Shown in pieces: positions 18,843 to 27,568 of a DNA stretch of 34,649 nt; position 1 is the stretch's first letter, and every line of letters starts with the position of its first letter. Source of the stretch: a virus. Its lineage: Duplodnaviria; Caudoviricetes. Under the pieces are notes generated by a model, which worked only from the letters and a program-made list of their open reading frames with translations, made no database searches and was not told the DNA's origin. The position numbers were made by a program, and so were the translations under genes. The stretch spans positions 1-34,649 of IMG/VR virus record IMGVR_UViG_3300049171_000188, one strand, 5' to 3'.

Positions 18843-18890
18843 CTAAGGTTGTGACGAACCCGCTCTCGGGAGGCGAATGCGCCACGAGAG

Positions 18891-18897
18891 ATAAATA
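18891..18897 (+). promoter_or_regulatory. ATAAATA late-promoter-like motif (divergent)
   Basis: GATAAATA, 5 nt before ATG 18903. Confidence 0.75.
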
Positions 18898-18902
18898 CTC
18901 AC

Positions 18903-19172
18903 ATGAGTATTCCAGACAATTTCGGCGGACACACTGACAACCAGACTTCGCCAGCCCGTTCGGCTTCAGCCGTCACCCCCCACGCCACTAACGCGCTGAC
19001 ACGCGTCACCAAGGCCCTCTACGTGGGCGTTTCCGGCGACGTTGTCTGCCGGTTGGTCAATGACACCGCTGACGTGACCTTCGTTGGCGTTCAGGCGGGG
19101 TCGATCCTGCCGGTTCGTGTCACCCATGTGCGAGCCACGAGCACCGCTGGCAGCATCGTCGCACTGTTCTGA
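18903..19172 (+). CDS. Head spike base protein (RcGTA rcc01079-like)
   Basis: SPARSASAVTP, KALYVGVSGDV and GSILPVRVTHVRAT motifs. Confidence 0.8.
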   Translation: MSIPDNFGGHTDNQTSPARSASAVTPHATNALTRVTKALYVGVSGDVVCRLVNDTADVTFVGVQAGSILPVRVTHVRATSTAGSIVALF

Positions 19173-20716
19173 TGTTCATCGGGACAGGCGTTGGCCTGAC
19201 GACTGTTCGGTCCGGGGGTGGGTTTTCGCCGCACTCGCTGTTCTCGGGCACCGCGCAAGGTGCCTACTACCCTGCGAGCGCTGACCTGTTGTTCAAGGGC
19301 TATGCCGGAGAAGGCGGGAACGTCTCAGCTTCTGACGATCAAGTCGGCTTGATGCTCGATAAGCGCCTCTGGCGCGGGAAGTCACTGGAACAGTTCCTTG
19401 CAGCACAGCCGGAACTATTCGACGTGGCTTATGCAGACTCAACAGTGTCTGCCGCAGACCCAGACGAGTATATCGAAAACGGCTTTTATGTTCTCAATAG
19501 GGTTTTGGGCGGAACCGCATCAATCAGTATAGCGACCAACCTTGTTCCGGGCAAAACTTATCGCATAAGTGGCGTCGCAGCCCCTATGGGTTCTCAAGGG
19601 GGACACCGCATTGACATACGGAATACGGGCGCCAGTCTACCAAACTTCCCCTTTTCAAGCGTGATTCCTTTCTCCTATATCTTTAAGGCAGGACATTCCC
19701 TTCTTGTGATGGGCAATCCCAACACGGGATTTAGTTGGGGGCTCGAACGGGCAAGCGTTTCCCTCAAGGAAATTCCGGGCAGCCATGCCTTGCAGACAAC
19801 GCCTACGTCACAACCAAAGTATAAACCAAGCCTACTTTTAGGACCCGAACTCATAGGCAACGGGTCATTTGACAACAGCGCCGGTTGGACCTTGGGCGGT
19901 CAGTGGACTGTAGCCAATGGCTTGCTTACCAGCCCGGCTGGTGCGCCCGCAGACTACGCGAGAAACATCAACACCCAGTTTGAAGTTGGCAAAACTTACG
20001 CTTACGCGATTGATGTCCTTGCATCTTCTGGCACTGATTTCGTCCAGCTATATTCAGATAGCGGCCTAATCACGTCGTTTGCCTCCGGACCAAGGCGGTA
20101 TGAAGGCACGTTTGTAGCGAACAACAACCGAATTCGCATTCGCGGCGTCTCGCCAAATGTCGCAGTGTCAGTGGACAATCTTTCAGTTCGGGAAGTTGTT
20201 GGCGTATCTTCCACAGGATATCGTCAGTATGACGGCGTTGATGACTATCTGATAAGCAACGCCACATGTGGCCCGAGCGGGAATACATTGGCCGCGAAGA
20301 TTACGGTGCCCACCGGGGCCGTGGGAGGTGCGCGCGTTCCAGTCGGAGTTAATGGGGTTAGCCCAACGCAGCGGTTCTATTTGGCCGTCGGAGCGGATGG
20401 TCTTATCGGCGGCGCCGTAGGGACCGCGTCCACATCCACCATTATTGGGACGACTGACGTTAGAGGCCAGACAGGCGTGGCAGTTCTGGTTGCCGACCCG
20501 GTTAAGGGTGAGGCTCGGCTCTACTGGAACGGCGTTCTTGAGCATGTCAGTCCCCTTTCTGGCGGGCTGCCAACCCATCTGAACATGTATGAAGGTGCCA
20601 GAAACAACTCTGGCGTGCCTGACTTGCACTTCGGAGGCGCCATTTGGGAAAACCTGATGGTTCAGCGCGCACTAACCCCTTCCGAAGTCACTCAACTAAC
20701 CCGTTATTGGAGCTAA
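19172..20716 (+). CDS. Head spike/fibre protein with carbohydrate-binding and LamG-like domains
   Basis: TGATG-coupled to spike base; VGLMLDK, HALQTT..QP and YDGVDDYL motifs; PELIGNGSF...VDNLSVREV CBM-like repeat; C-terminal RALTPSEV. Confidence 0.65.
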   Translation: MFIGTGVGLTTVRSGGGFSPHSLFSGTAQGAYYPASADLLFKGYAGEGGNVSASDDQVGLMLDKRLWRGKSLEQFLAAQPELFDVAYADSTVSAADPDEYIENGFYVLNRVLGGTASISIATNLVPGKTYRISGVAAPMGSQGGHRIDIRNTGASLPNFPFSSVIPFSYIFKAGHSLLVMGNPNTGFSWGLERASVSLKEIPGSHALQTTPTSQPKYKPSLLLGPELIGNGSFDNSAGWTLGGQWTVANGLLTSPAGAPADYARNINTQFEVGKTYAYAIDVLASSGTDFVQLYSDSGLITSFASGPRRYEGTFVANNNRIRIRGVSPNVAVSVDNLSVREVVGVSSTGYRQYDGVDDYLISNATCGPSGNTLAAKITVPTGAVGGARVPVGVNGVSPTQRFYLAVGADGLIGGAVGTASTSTIIGTTDVRGQTGVAVLVADPVKGEARLYWNGVLEHVSPLSGGLPTHLNMYEGARNNSGVPDLHFGGAIWENLMVQRALTPSEVTQLTRYWS

Positions 20717-20720
20717 GCTC

Positions 20721-21140
20721 ATGCAACTACCTACGATTGTCATTGTTACCGCCGCCGCTCGCGAAGATGTTCGCGCCATCTGGGATGCCATGGGGCAAGG
20801 GGGCCCTGCCACCTTCTTGCGCAAACTCTGCGACATCGACCCCCTCGCTGACCCGACAACGGCAGCAACTCACTACTTGCTCGCGGACATGGGCGCTGAC
20901 TCGGACATGGTCGCTGACTGGCAGGCGATGGTGGAAGGCGCAGTCTTGCCACCCATTCTGGGTGTGTGGGGCGAAGATGGCGTCATCAGCGAGGCGGCAG
21001 CGGTGGCAGCCGTCAGCAACGGAAATCTACAGGTCTATTCCGCCGCTGGCGTCGATCAGGACACCACCGTCCGCGACCAGTGGGCGGCAGGCATTCTCGC
21101 CGGGCGTCAGCTTCAGTTCGTTCCTGCCGAAGAGGCGTAA
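20721..21140 (+). CDS. Hypothetical protein, possibly head-fibre associated
   Basis: 139 aa, co-oriented, 4 nt after the fibre stop. Confidence 0.6.
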   Translation: MQLPTIVIVTAAAREDVRAIWDAMGQGGPATFLRKLCDIDPLADPTTAATHYLLADMGADSDMVADWQAMVEGAVLPPILGVWGEDGVISEAAAVAAVSNGNLQVYSAAGVDQDTTVRDQWAAGILAGRQLQFVPAEEA

Positions 21141-21165
21141 GCCTCGCTGCTGCGCTGATGGCGCT

Positions 21166-21411
21166 TTATTCTGCGGCGCCCGTCTTCTTAATGGCAGACG
21201 CCACAGTCGCCTCGTAAGCGGTGGGATGTGCCTCCATGTAGCGCAGAGCCTTCCTCAAGGCCTGATGCGGGATACGTATGTCCCCAATCCCCGCCTTCTG
21301 TTCGCCCGCTATGAGGTAGTGCAAGACGTGATCGCGCTCGGGCGTTGAAGGTAGGTTTTGGAAATGCGCCGCTGCGCTCTTGCAAGCGGCAATCACCATT
21401 TGGTCAGCCAT
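21166..21411 (-). CDS. Hypothetical protein
   Basis: 81 aa ORF with ATG start and weak SD. Confidence 0.45.
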   Translation of the reverse strand: MADQMVIAACKSAAAHFQNLPSTPERDHVLHYLIAGEQKAGIGDIRIPHQALRKALRYMEAHPTAYEATVASAIKKTGAAE

Positions 21412-21627
21412 GGGTCAGAGGTTCCTTTCGAACCTGATGTGCGGCGAAGCGGGACAATTTCAACGAGTATTTTGCAGCGGCCGGGCCGGGCTCGCTCGCT
21501 TCGAACCTGTCAGCGACAGCCGACGGCCCTGCGCTTTGGCGTTCCTTCAGGATCGTTCGCCGCTGTGCCGCTGTCGCGACGAACTTTGACGCTCTGGCTG
21601 CGACGTTGGGGTCAGGCTGTAATGTGG

Positions 21628-22251
21628 TCAGAAACTGATTTCACGTTCTGCAAACCTGCGAACTGAAGTCAGCTTCCTCGGATCGATAAATCGCATTCCT
21701 CGCTGTGTGTAGATGGCTGCAAGCTGCTGATCTTGCGCCACCAACACACCAATTATCAGCTTCTTGTCAGCTTCATAGATAAAGCATTCCGACGAACATG
21801 ATTTGTGCACTTCGTCATATATCCGCGATGCATCATAGTCACCCTTTATGGCGCCACTCACCAACGCCAGCATCAGCGGCGCCAATACAATCCACCCCAT
21901 CAAACTGCCGGAAAGATATCCAAGACTGATGTTGTAAAAGTTCTTCAGAACCCCGCCTATCGAGGTTGGCTTGCTTGTTATCGCCAGCCAAGTTTTCGTA
22001 TTACCGACCCAACCGAGAACGAAAAAGATAGCTATGAGAGCGGCGGTAGCGAGGAAACCGACAAGTAGAGCCGGGTATCCTCTGGCAAGAGTTGCCTGAA
22101 AGGGCTCCGAAACGAGATGTGGACCAAGACCAAATTGGTCAAGTAAGATGGCCCGCTGTGTATACCCGCACAGGTAGAGCATCCCTGTCAGGAGGAGGGA
22201 CATCGGGGCCAGCGCCACCGTCCAAACGCCTAGCATTCGCGGGCTCGTCAC
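21628..22251 (-). CDS. Membrane protein (moron)
   Basis: Three hydrophobic segments and a small C-terminal beta domain; more AT-rich than the structural genes. Confidence 0.6.
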   Translation of the reverse strand: MTSPRMLGVWTVALAPMSLLLTGMLYLCGYTQRAILLDQFGLGPHLVSEPFQATLARGYPALLVGFLATAALIAIFFVLGWVGNTKTWLAITSKPTSIGGVLKNFYNISLGYLSGSLMGWIVLAPLMLALVSGAIKGDYDASRIYDEVHKSCSSECFIYEADKKLIIGVLVAQDQQLAAIYTQRGMRFIDPRKLTSVRRFAEREISF

Positions 22252-22412
22252 CCGTTGGACAAGCTTGGAATCGAGGATGTGCCCCTCCCGGTCTTCAGCG
22301 GCGTCACGATGGCGACAAGCTCACATCCGCTCAAGTATGGCTCAAAAACTTATGCGCAGCGTGGTTGCTGCCACGAGTGGGAGCGCACTTTGCAACCCCT
22401 GACACCGCTGAT

Positions 22413-23003
22413 ATGCAACTCGGCATGGGGTGGACCGAGCCTGTGCTGATTGGCATCGCGGCAGTTGTCCTCGCGCTAAATCAAGCCCTCAAAGACGCGC
22501 CCGAACTCACCGGACGAGTGCAGTTCCTCAAGCCGAAGGGCTGGTGGAACTACATCCCGCTTGGACTCGTGATCGTCGCGGGCGTCGTATGGTTACTACC
22601 GGGCTCCATCGAAGAAAACGCTGCGACCTCAGTATCCTCACCCGACTTCCCGCTGAGGGCTGTTCAGAACGCTTTTGAAGGCAGGACGAACGAAGAGGGA
22701 AAAAGGATAATAGCAAGCTACAATGATAGGCCAGCCAAAATAACCGGCGTCATCCAAGACGTAAGGATAGGTGATTCGGTTGGCGAAAAGTTTGCAATAG
22801 TCGCGATTGAAGATGGCTTTCTCAGTCGCGGCGTTTACCTAACCTTCGAATCGGCGCAGGCAGAAGGTGCATCTCTGTTTCGCGTCGGGGATAAAATCAC
22901 TGCCGGGTGCATATTCGACGCTGATTCGACAGATCGAATAGGTTTAAACTTTCGAGATTGCGAATTGCTAGACGGCCCCCATTCGGAGGCGATGCCATCT
23001 TGA
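22413..23003 (+). CDS. Membrane-anchored OB-fold-like protein (moron)
   Basis: Two TM helices, then KITGVIQDV...VGDKITAGC...FRDCEL; start re-assigned to ATG 22413 (or 22425). Confidence 0.55.
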   Translation: MQLGMGWTEPVLIGIAAVVLALNQALKDAPELTGRVQFLKPKGWWNYIPLGLVIVAGVVWLLPGSIEENAATSVSSPDFPLRAVQNAFEGRTNEEGKRIIASYNDRPAKITGVIQDVRIGDSVGEKFAIVAIEDGFLSRGVYLTFESAQAEGASLFRVGDKITAGCIFDADSTDRIGLNFRDCELLDGPHSEAMPS

Positions 23004-23869
23004 CCGGTGCATCCTTGAACACTTCGACCCTTCCGGTGCGCTCATTTTCTGAGATATTGGCTGCATCGACGGTTCTACTTGGTGGATTTTCTGCGGCAAG
23101 CTACGCATTCGCCCTCGGCTACATCTTTGCCATTGAACCCAGATATCTTCCATTTTTCACGATTGGCGATCTACTTTTCTTATTTGTGTCATCGACTTCA
23201 AGCGTCATCTTCGTTTCTATGGTCTTGATACCAACGCTGGCCTTCGTGTTGTCCCAAGGAGTGGCGGTGTCCTTCTATCGGAAGACAGGGAGGTTGCTTG
23301 AACACCACTTAGAATACGTGACCACTCGGGAGACTGATGATCCACAAGCTCCTGATACTCATCGCTTGCAGGAAGCCGTTTCCCCGCCCAACGCGCTCCC
23401 GCTCCGTGAATGGACCAGCACTCTCATTGCATTAAGCGTCACATTTGCCATGGTGATTGTCGCTTTTCAGGAATTGTTTATCTCTGAGCCAGCGGTCTCT
23501 TCAGTCTTTCCCGAGCCACTTGTCGTATTTGGGATGGTCTTGATTCTTCTACCTGCGATGCAGTCAATGCGCATGGCGCTCCCTGTGATAACCTTCTTGT
23601 ATGTGCTTGCTGCATTTTACGCTCTCGGGGATGTAAGCGGAAAGCGCGATCTCGTTGGGTCACCCCAATCGAGAGGCATGCCATGCGCCTTCATCAATAG
23701 TGGACCACGATGCTTCGATGTCCTTCTGATAGGTTCAGACGCTGCGATCTTACGCCATGATGGGCAGGTTATCTTGGTGCCTCGTGGTCGCCTGCACAAT
23801 GTTCAGAAGAGGAAACCAGAGCCGAGCATGACGAGGCTTGTTGCTCCAAACCCCGCACCGACAGTCTGA
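23000..23869 (+). CDS. Multi-pass membrane protein (moron)
   Basis: About 5 TM segments; TTG 23000 with GGAGG SD at 22985-22989, overlapping upstream stop. Confidence 0.6.
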   Translation: MTGASLNTSTLPVRSFSEILAASTVLLGGFSAASYAFALGYIFAIEPRYLPFFTIGDLLFLFVSSTSSVIFVSMVLIPTLAFVLSQGVAVSFYRKTGRLLEHHLEYVTTRETDDPQAPDTHRLQEAVSPPNALPLREWTSTLIALSVTFAMVIVAFQELFISEPAVSSVFPEPLVVFGMVLILLPAMQSMRMALPVITFLYVLAAFYALGDVSGKRDLVGSPQSRGMPCAFINSGPRCFDVLLIGSDAAILRHDGQVILVPRGRLHNVQKRKPEPSMTRLVAPNPAPTV

Positions 23870-24444
23870 ATGTCCAAAGGCCATTGCTGACACGGCTCGC
23901 GTCAGGCAAAAGCGGCGGCGAACGGTGGCCCATTCCCCGAATGAAAGGGAAAGTCCGCGCTTTCGACGGCCCCGGCTGTGGCCACCGTTCTACTCCGCAT
24001 CCCGAAGTGATTCGGTTCTGACATGCGGCTGTGCCGTCAGGCAAGCTTTGACATGGGTGTGGCGCAGCGAAGCATCGCTTTTTCCACTCTGCTTCGGCCA
24101 ATTACAAAGGGTTGTGTCGCGACCAAGTTGGTCTTGCTCGATGTCGAAGTCCCCGCGCACCGCGCGGCTTCAATCACTTCGGAGCGTGCGCCAAGGTATG
24201 CGCCGGGTTTTCCCCAGCCCTGATTTCCCGTCAACCTGTGAATGGGCCGGGCGACTCGCTATGAGGGGTGACCGCACGATGTGTGGTAGAGCGGTGGACA
24301 CCAGCCGGGGCGTCTAACCAATCGGTCGTTCCCTTCCATTCGGGGAAACGGTCCACCGCTCGCCTCCTATCTGCCTCAGACGTGATTCCGGAACAATCCG
24401 TCATTCTCCAATCTGAAGGCTGGTATCCACAGCCTTCGCGCCGG

Positions 24445-24688
24445 TCAGCGCCGACTCCAGATTTCAGGCCCGTGGCAGTGCGTGGCAACGAAGTCCTTTG
24501 ACCCACACCGGCCGCACTTCATCGCGTGCCGAAGTTCGTCCAATCTCGTTGACGCGCCTCTCTTGGCCAAAATCTCATATAGGACCAAGGGGTTATGCTT
24601 GCTCTCGCGGCCACACTGACACGCGAGGCTGACCCAATATCCGGCGCGGGCGATGTCAGTCAGGGGTCTGGAGTCGGCGGTAGCTCAT
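24445..24688 (-). pseudogene. Frameshifted small zinc-ribbon protein gene (CxC...CxxC)
   Basis: MSYRRLQT, then a +1 shift at ACCCCTG, then LTDIARAGYWVSLACQCGR...LDELRHAMKCGRCGSKDF...; not in ORF track. Confidence 0.6.
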
Positions 24689-24700
24689 CCGCCCCGTATG

Positions 24701-24715
24701 GAACAGGACGGGAAC
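24701..24715 (-). promoter_or_regulatory. Alphaproteobacterial LexA (SOS) box
   Basis: GTTC-CCGTCCT-GTTC (GTTC-N7-GTTC) 12 nt upstream of ATG 24688. Confidence 0.7.
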
Positions 24716-24732
24716 AAACGGTAGGGCTGGCG

Positions 24733-24903
24733 TCAGCGCTTGGCGATATAGAGCGTGATCCCAAAGCGCTCGAACCACGCATCTCTCTGATATTCCTTCG
24801 AGTGTGGGTAAGCGGCCATCAGGCGGCTCAATTCGTCCAAGACCTTGGTCATAGCCCGGCTGTCAGCGCGGGCATTCATCCACTTGCGACGGCGGCTAGG
24901 CAT
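24733..24903 (-). CDS. Hypothetical small basic protein
   Basis: Start re-assigned to ATG 24903 (TGATG coupling): MPSRRRKWMNAR... Confidence 0.55.
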   Translation of the reverse strand: MPSRRRKWMNARADSRAMTKVLDELSRLMAAYPHSKEYQRDAWFERFGITLYIAKR

Positions 24904-25157
24904 CACTGGCCATCCCAACGAAGTTTCGCCTCTACGGCTTCGAGTTCGGTGGCAAAGGTGCAGCGGATGGTAACGCCCCCTCCCTTGGTTGTGATCCATT
25001 CGGCCTTCAGCGCTGCGGTCCGGCGCGTAATCTGGGCAGGGTCTTCTGCCATATCATGTCCGGCAGCCAGAGCGGCACGTATCCCGCCGCGATCTGCAAG
25101 CCAGCCCTGTATCGTCTGATGGGTGAAGGTGATTTCAGTCGTCACCGGCCCGCTCAT
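24903..25157 (-). CDS. Hypothetical small protein (paralog family)
   Basis: ATGA coupling; C-terminal CTFATELEAVEAKLRWDG. Confidence 0.65.
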   Translation of the reverse strand: MSGPVTTEITFTHQTIQGWLADRGGIRAALAAGHDMAEDPAQITRRTAALKAEWITTKGGGVTIRCTFATELEAVEAKLRWDGQ

Positions 25158-25438
25158 GACAAATCCTCGATGACCTTGATGTCATACTTGAGCCGAACCT
25201 CTGTGGCATGAATGAGATTGCGGAACGTCAGGACAAACCCGCCGTCCGAATTCTTTACCTTGCAGCCTGTGATTGCTTTCAGCAAAGCTTGTCCTGTGTC
25301 GTCACGTCCGTAATGACGTTCGATGTAGTCGCAGTGTTCTTTCAACAGTTCCCTTGCACGGCTGACAGGGACGTAGGCGATATACTTTTCACGAGGGCGC
25401 GGACGAAACAGTGCGATGAGGCGTTTGAGGAAGTTCAT
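25154..25438 (-). CDS. Hypothetical small protein (paralog family)
   Basis: Start ATG 25438 (ATGA coupling); C-terminal LTFRNLIHATEVRLKYD. Confidence 0.6.
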   Translation of the reverse strand: MNFLKRLIALFRPRPREKYIAYVPVSRARELLKEHCDYIERHYGRDDTGQALLKAITGCKVKNSDGGFVLTFRNLIHATEVRLKYDIKVIEDLS

Positions 25439-25695
25439 GGCCGACACCTCAACATCGAACTCGCCAGCGTCTCTCGCACTCCCACAATGATGGAAGGCGA
25501 GATAGACACTTCAAACCTTTTGCCTTCAAAGATTGGTCTCAAAAGAGCATCACATTGATACTCCTTCATGCCAGCCACCGAGGCTGCGTAGTATGGGTCA
25601 ACGGGTAGGGCCTTCAACTTCTTAACAGGGGATTCCGCCTCTAGGTCGGCTACGCCCCCGTAAGTCATAACCAATCTGTAGTCAGTTGGGATCAT
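25435..25695 (-). CDS. Hypothetical protein
   Basis: AAGGA SD; downstream of motif 25736. Confidence 0.6.
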   Translation of the reverse strand: MIPTDYRLVMTYGGVADLEAESPVKKLKALPVDPYYAASVAGMKEYQCDALLRPIFEGKRFEVSISPSIIVGVRETLASSMLRCRP

Positions 25696-25735
25696 GAATT
25701 CCTTTTATCATCAGCATTGGTGCTTCTGGTAATTC

Positions 25736-25742
25736 TATTTAT
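25736..25742 (-). promoter_or_regulatory. ATAAATA motif with SD-containing leader
   Basis: 25745-25752 is complementary to the SD region 25697-25704. Confidence 0.75.
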
Positions 25743-25870
25743 CTAAGGAATTAGATTGGATCGAATTGCCGAAAAATAACTTCGGGAATTGCGGAGTCGT
25801 GCGTGAAGTTGAGGGGCCGGTCCCGGCCCGGATTGGGCTCGTGATCCAACCACCCCCTGACCCTTTGGGT

Positions 25871-26128
25871 TCAGACGATCCGGCCATCCCACTTGAGCTT
25901 CGCCTCGACGGCGGTGATGGCGTTGGCGAAGGTGCAGAGCAACGTCACCGTCTCGCCTGCAACGGGGTCGTGCCAGTGGCGGCGGCAACGACCGCGCACT
26001 TTGACCGAGATGGCACCAAGACCGTCAGCGACGGCTGCAAACATGCCAGCCTCGGAGAGGCCAGCGTGCGCAGGCACCATGGACCAAAGGATGTCACGGC
26101 CGATTGAAATCTCAGTAGTCCGCTTCAT
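25871..26128 (-). CDS. Hypothetical small protein (paralog family)
   Basis: C-terminal CTFANAITAVEAKLKWDG. Confidence 0.65.
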   Translation of the reverse strand: MKRTTEISIGRDILWSMVPAHAGLSEAGMFAAVADGLGAISVKVRGRCRRHWHDPVAGETVTLLCTFANAITAVEAKLKWDGRIV

Positions 26129-26683
26129 TCAGTCGCCGCCACCTTCGGTGTCGGGCTTGCTGCTGACCCACGCATCGATGTCCCGGATGCAACCGAGGCA
26201 ATCTCCGCCGCAATCGTCGGACAGGGGATCATCGGTGCCTAGCTCGCGACCACACGTCAGGCACGCTGCGTCTTCTGGCTGTTCATCTAGCGACGACAGG
26301 AAATCGTCTACCGATTGCTTAGGAGCACGTTTCGCTTCCGCACATCCACGGTGCACCAAATCGACAAGATAGTCGTCAATCGCTTCGCCGGGCTCGTCCG
26401 CAAGCCGCGTGTCAGCGAGCAAGATCGCCTCGATAAGCTCGGGATCATCGGGGAAGGCTTGCAGGTTGCCACTGGCGAGGTCCGCCTTGGCCTTGGCCGC
26501 TAGCTTGGTGACACGAGCCGCTTCCTGCTCATCATTCATCCGACGCAGTAGCGCTAGGCACTCCTCATCATCATCCGGAAGGGGCGTGGAGCCGCTGGCT
26601 TCGATGTCACGCAAGAACTCTTTGAACTTGTCCTTCAGCGTCAGTATCTGGCGGGCCACATGGCCGGGAAAGTCTTCCATCAT
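26129..26683 (-). CDS. Hypothetical acidic protein with C-terminal Cys motif
   Basis: CLTCG...CGGDCLGC; abuts both neighbours. Confidence 0.6.
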   Translation of the reverse strand: MMEDFPGHVARQILTLKDKFKEFLRDIEASGSTPLPDDDEECLALLRRMNDEQEAARVTKLAAKAKADLASGNLQAFPDDPELIEAILLADTRLADEPGEAIDDYLVDLVHRGCAEAKRAPKQSVDDFLSSLDEQPEDAACLTCGRELGTDDPLSDDCGGDCLGCIRDIDAWVSSKPDTEGGGD

Positions 26684-26887
26684 CTAGTTATCGAGATGGG
26701 TCAGGACCCATGCCACAGCCACTGCATCGCTGACGAAGTGCAAACGGAGTAGGTCATCCTCTACCCACTCGACAGTTATGATTTCATCGAAGTGGGCAAC
26801 CAGATAATAGCCAAGACCTATCGGGTGCAGGCTAAAGCGCTGACACAATGACAAGGCCTGATCGATGGTGATGTCAGTCTTAGTCAT
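26684..26887 (-). CDS. Hypothetical small protein
   Basis: Start re-assigned to ATG 26887; C-terminal LHFVSDAVAVAWVL. Confidence 0.55.
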   Translation of the reverse strand: MTKTDITIDQALSLCQRFSLHPIGLGYYLVAHFDEIITVEWVEDDLLRLHFVSDAVAVAWVLTHLDN

Positions 26888-27224
26888 GGTTCTTGGACTG
26901 GTTGCCCTTTGGTGTCTCAATCTCAATTGGATACCCGTCTTTATCGTGGATAATTAGGGGTCCGCCATTCCTCTCGATCCGTTGTGCTGTGCTGCTGTGG
27001 TGGCTCTGACATAGGCTCTGGAGTTCGCCGAAGAAGAACAGGTCTCGGTCGCCGCGATGCTCGATGACGTGATCGGCCACGCTGGCTGCGGTCACCACGC
27101 CTTGTGCCTGACAGTAGCGACACAGGGGCTCCCGGCTTAGCTGTTCGAGGCGCCGGGCTCGCCATTGCGCGGACTTATACCACTTGCGGTAGAGGGCTGC
27201 CTCTGGGCTCCTGTAGTCCCTCAT
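26880..27224 (-). CDS. HNH endonuclease, HK97 gp74-like packaging cofactor
   Basis: WYKSAQW..R, EPLCRYC, VADHVIEHRGD and LQSLCQSHHS motifs; start ATG 27224 (ATGA coupling). Confidence 0.85.
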   Translation of the reverse strand: MRDYRSPEAALYRKWYKSAQWRARRLEQLSREPLCRYCQAQGVVTAASVADHVIEHRGDRDLFFFGELQSLCQSHHSSTAQRIERNGGPLIIHDKDGYPIEIETPKGNQSKNHD

Positions 27225-27568
27225 GGGGCTCCGAACTCCGGACTTGTCAGGAGAGCTTTGACATCTTGCCATGAGGGCTTTTGGCGGCTCTCCCACCAAT
27301 CGAGGTGGACCGCGTGGAGGTGAAGGCACAGCAGCGCTTTCGCGTCAGCCAAAGCTTTCCTCTTTGCCGCGGTCAATCTGGCTTCAGTGCCGGAAGCTGC
27401 CCGCTCCAAAAGCCCTGTCACCGAGAAGGCCTGCGCTAGCTTATCGGTAACGTAGGTCGCGGTGCCGTCAGCCAAGGCAGCCGCATGTTTCCGGTTATAG
27501 CTTTCGGGTCCCTTTAGGAGCCTTGCTGCTGACTGACACAGAGTGTGGGGGCAGCCATAGCCCCTCAT
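27221..27568 (-). CDS. Hypothetical protein
   Basis: ATGA-coupled on both sides. Confidence 0.55.
   Translation of the reverse strand: MRGYGCPHTLCQSAARLLKGPESYNRKHAAALADGTATYVTDKLAQAFSVTGLLERAASGTEARLTAAKRKALADAKALLCLHLHAVHLDWWESRQKPSWQDVKALLTSPEFGAP

Noticed and set aside
23870-24440. ORFs 23769-24101, 23838-24317, 24037-24234 and 24231-24506
   Set aside because: Overlapping, no recognisable motifs or good starts; possibly decayed sequence
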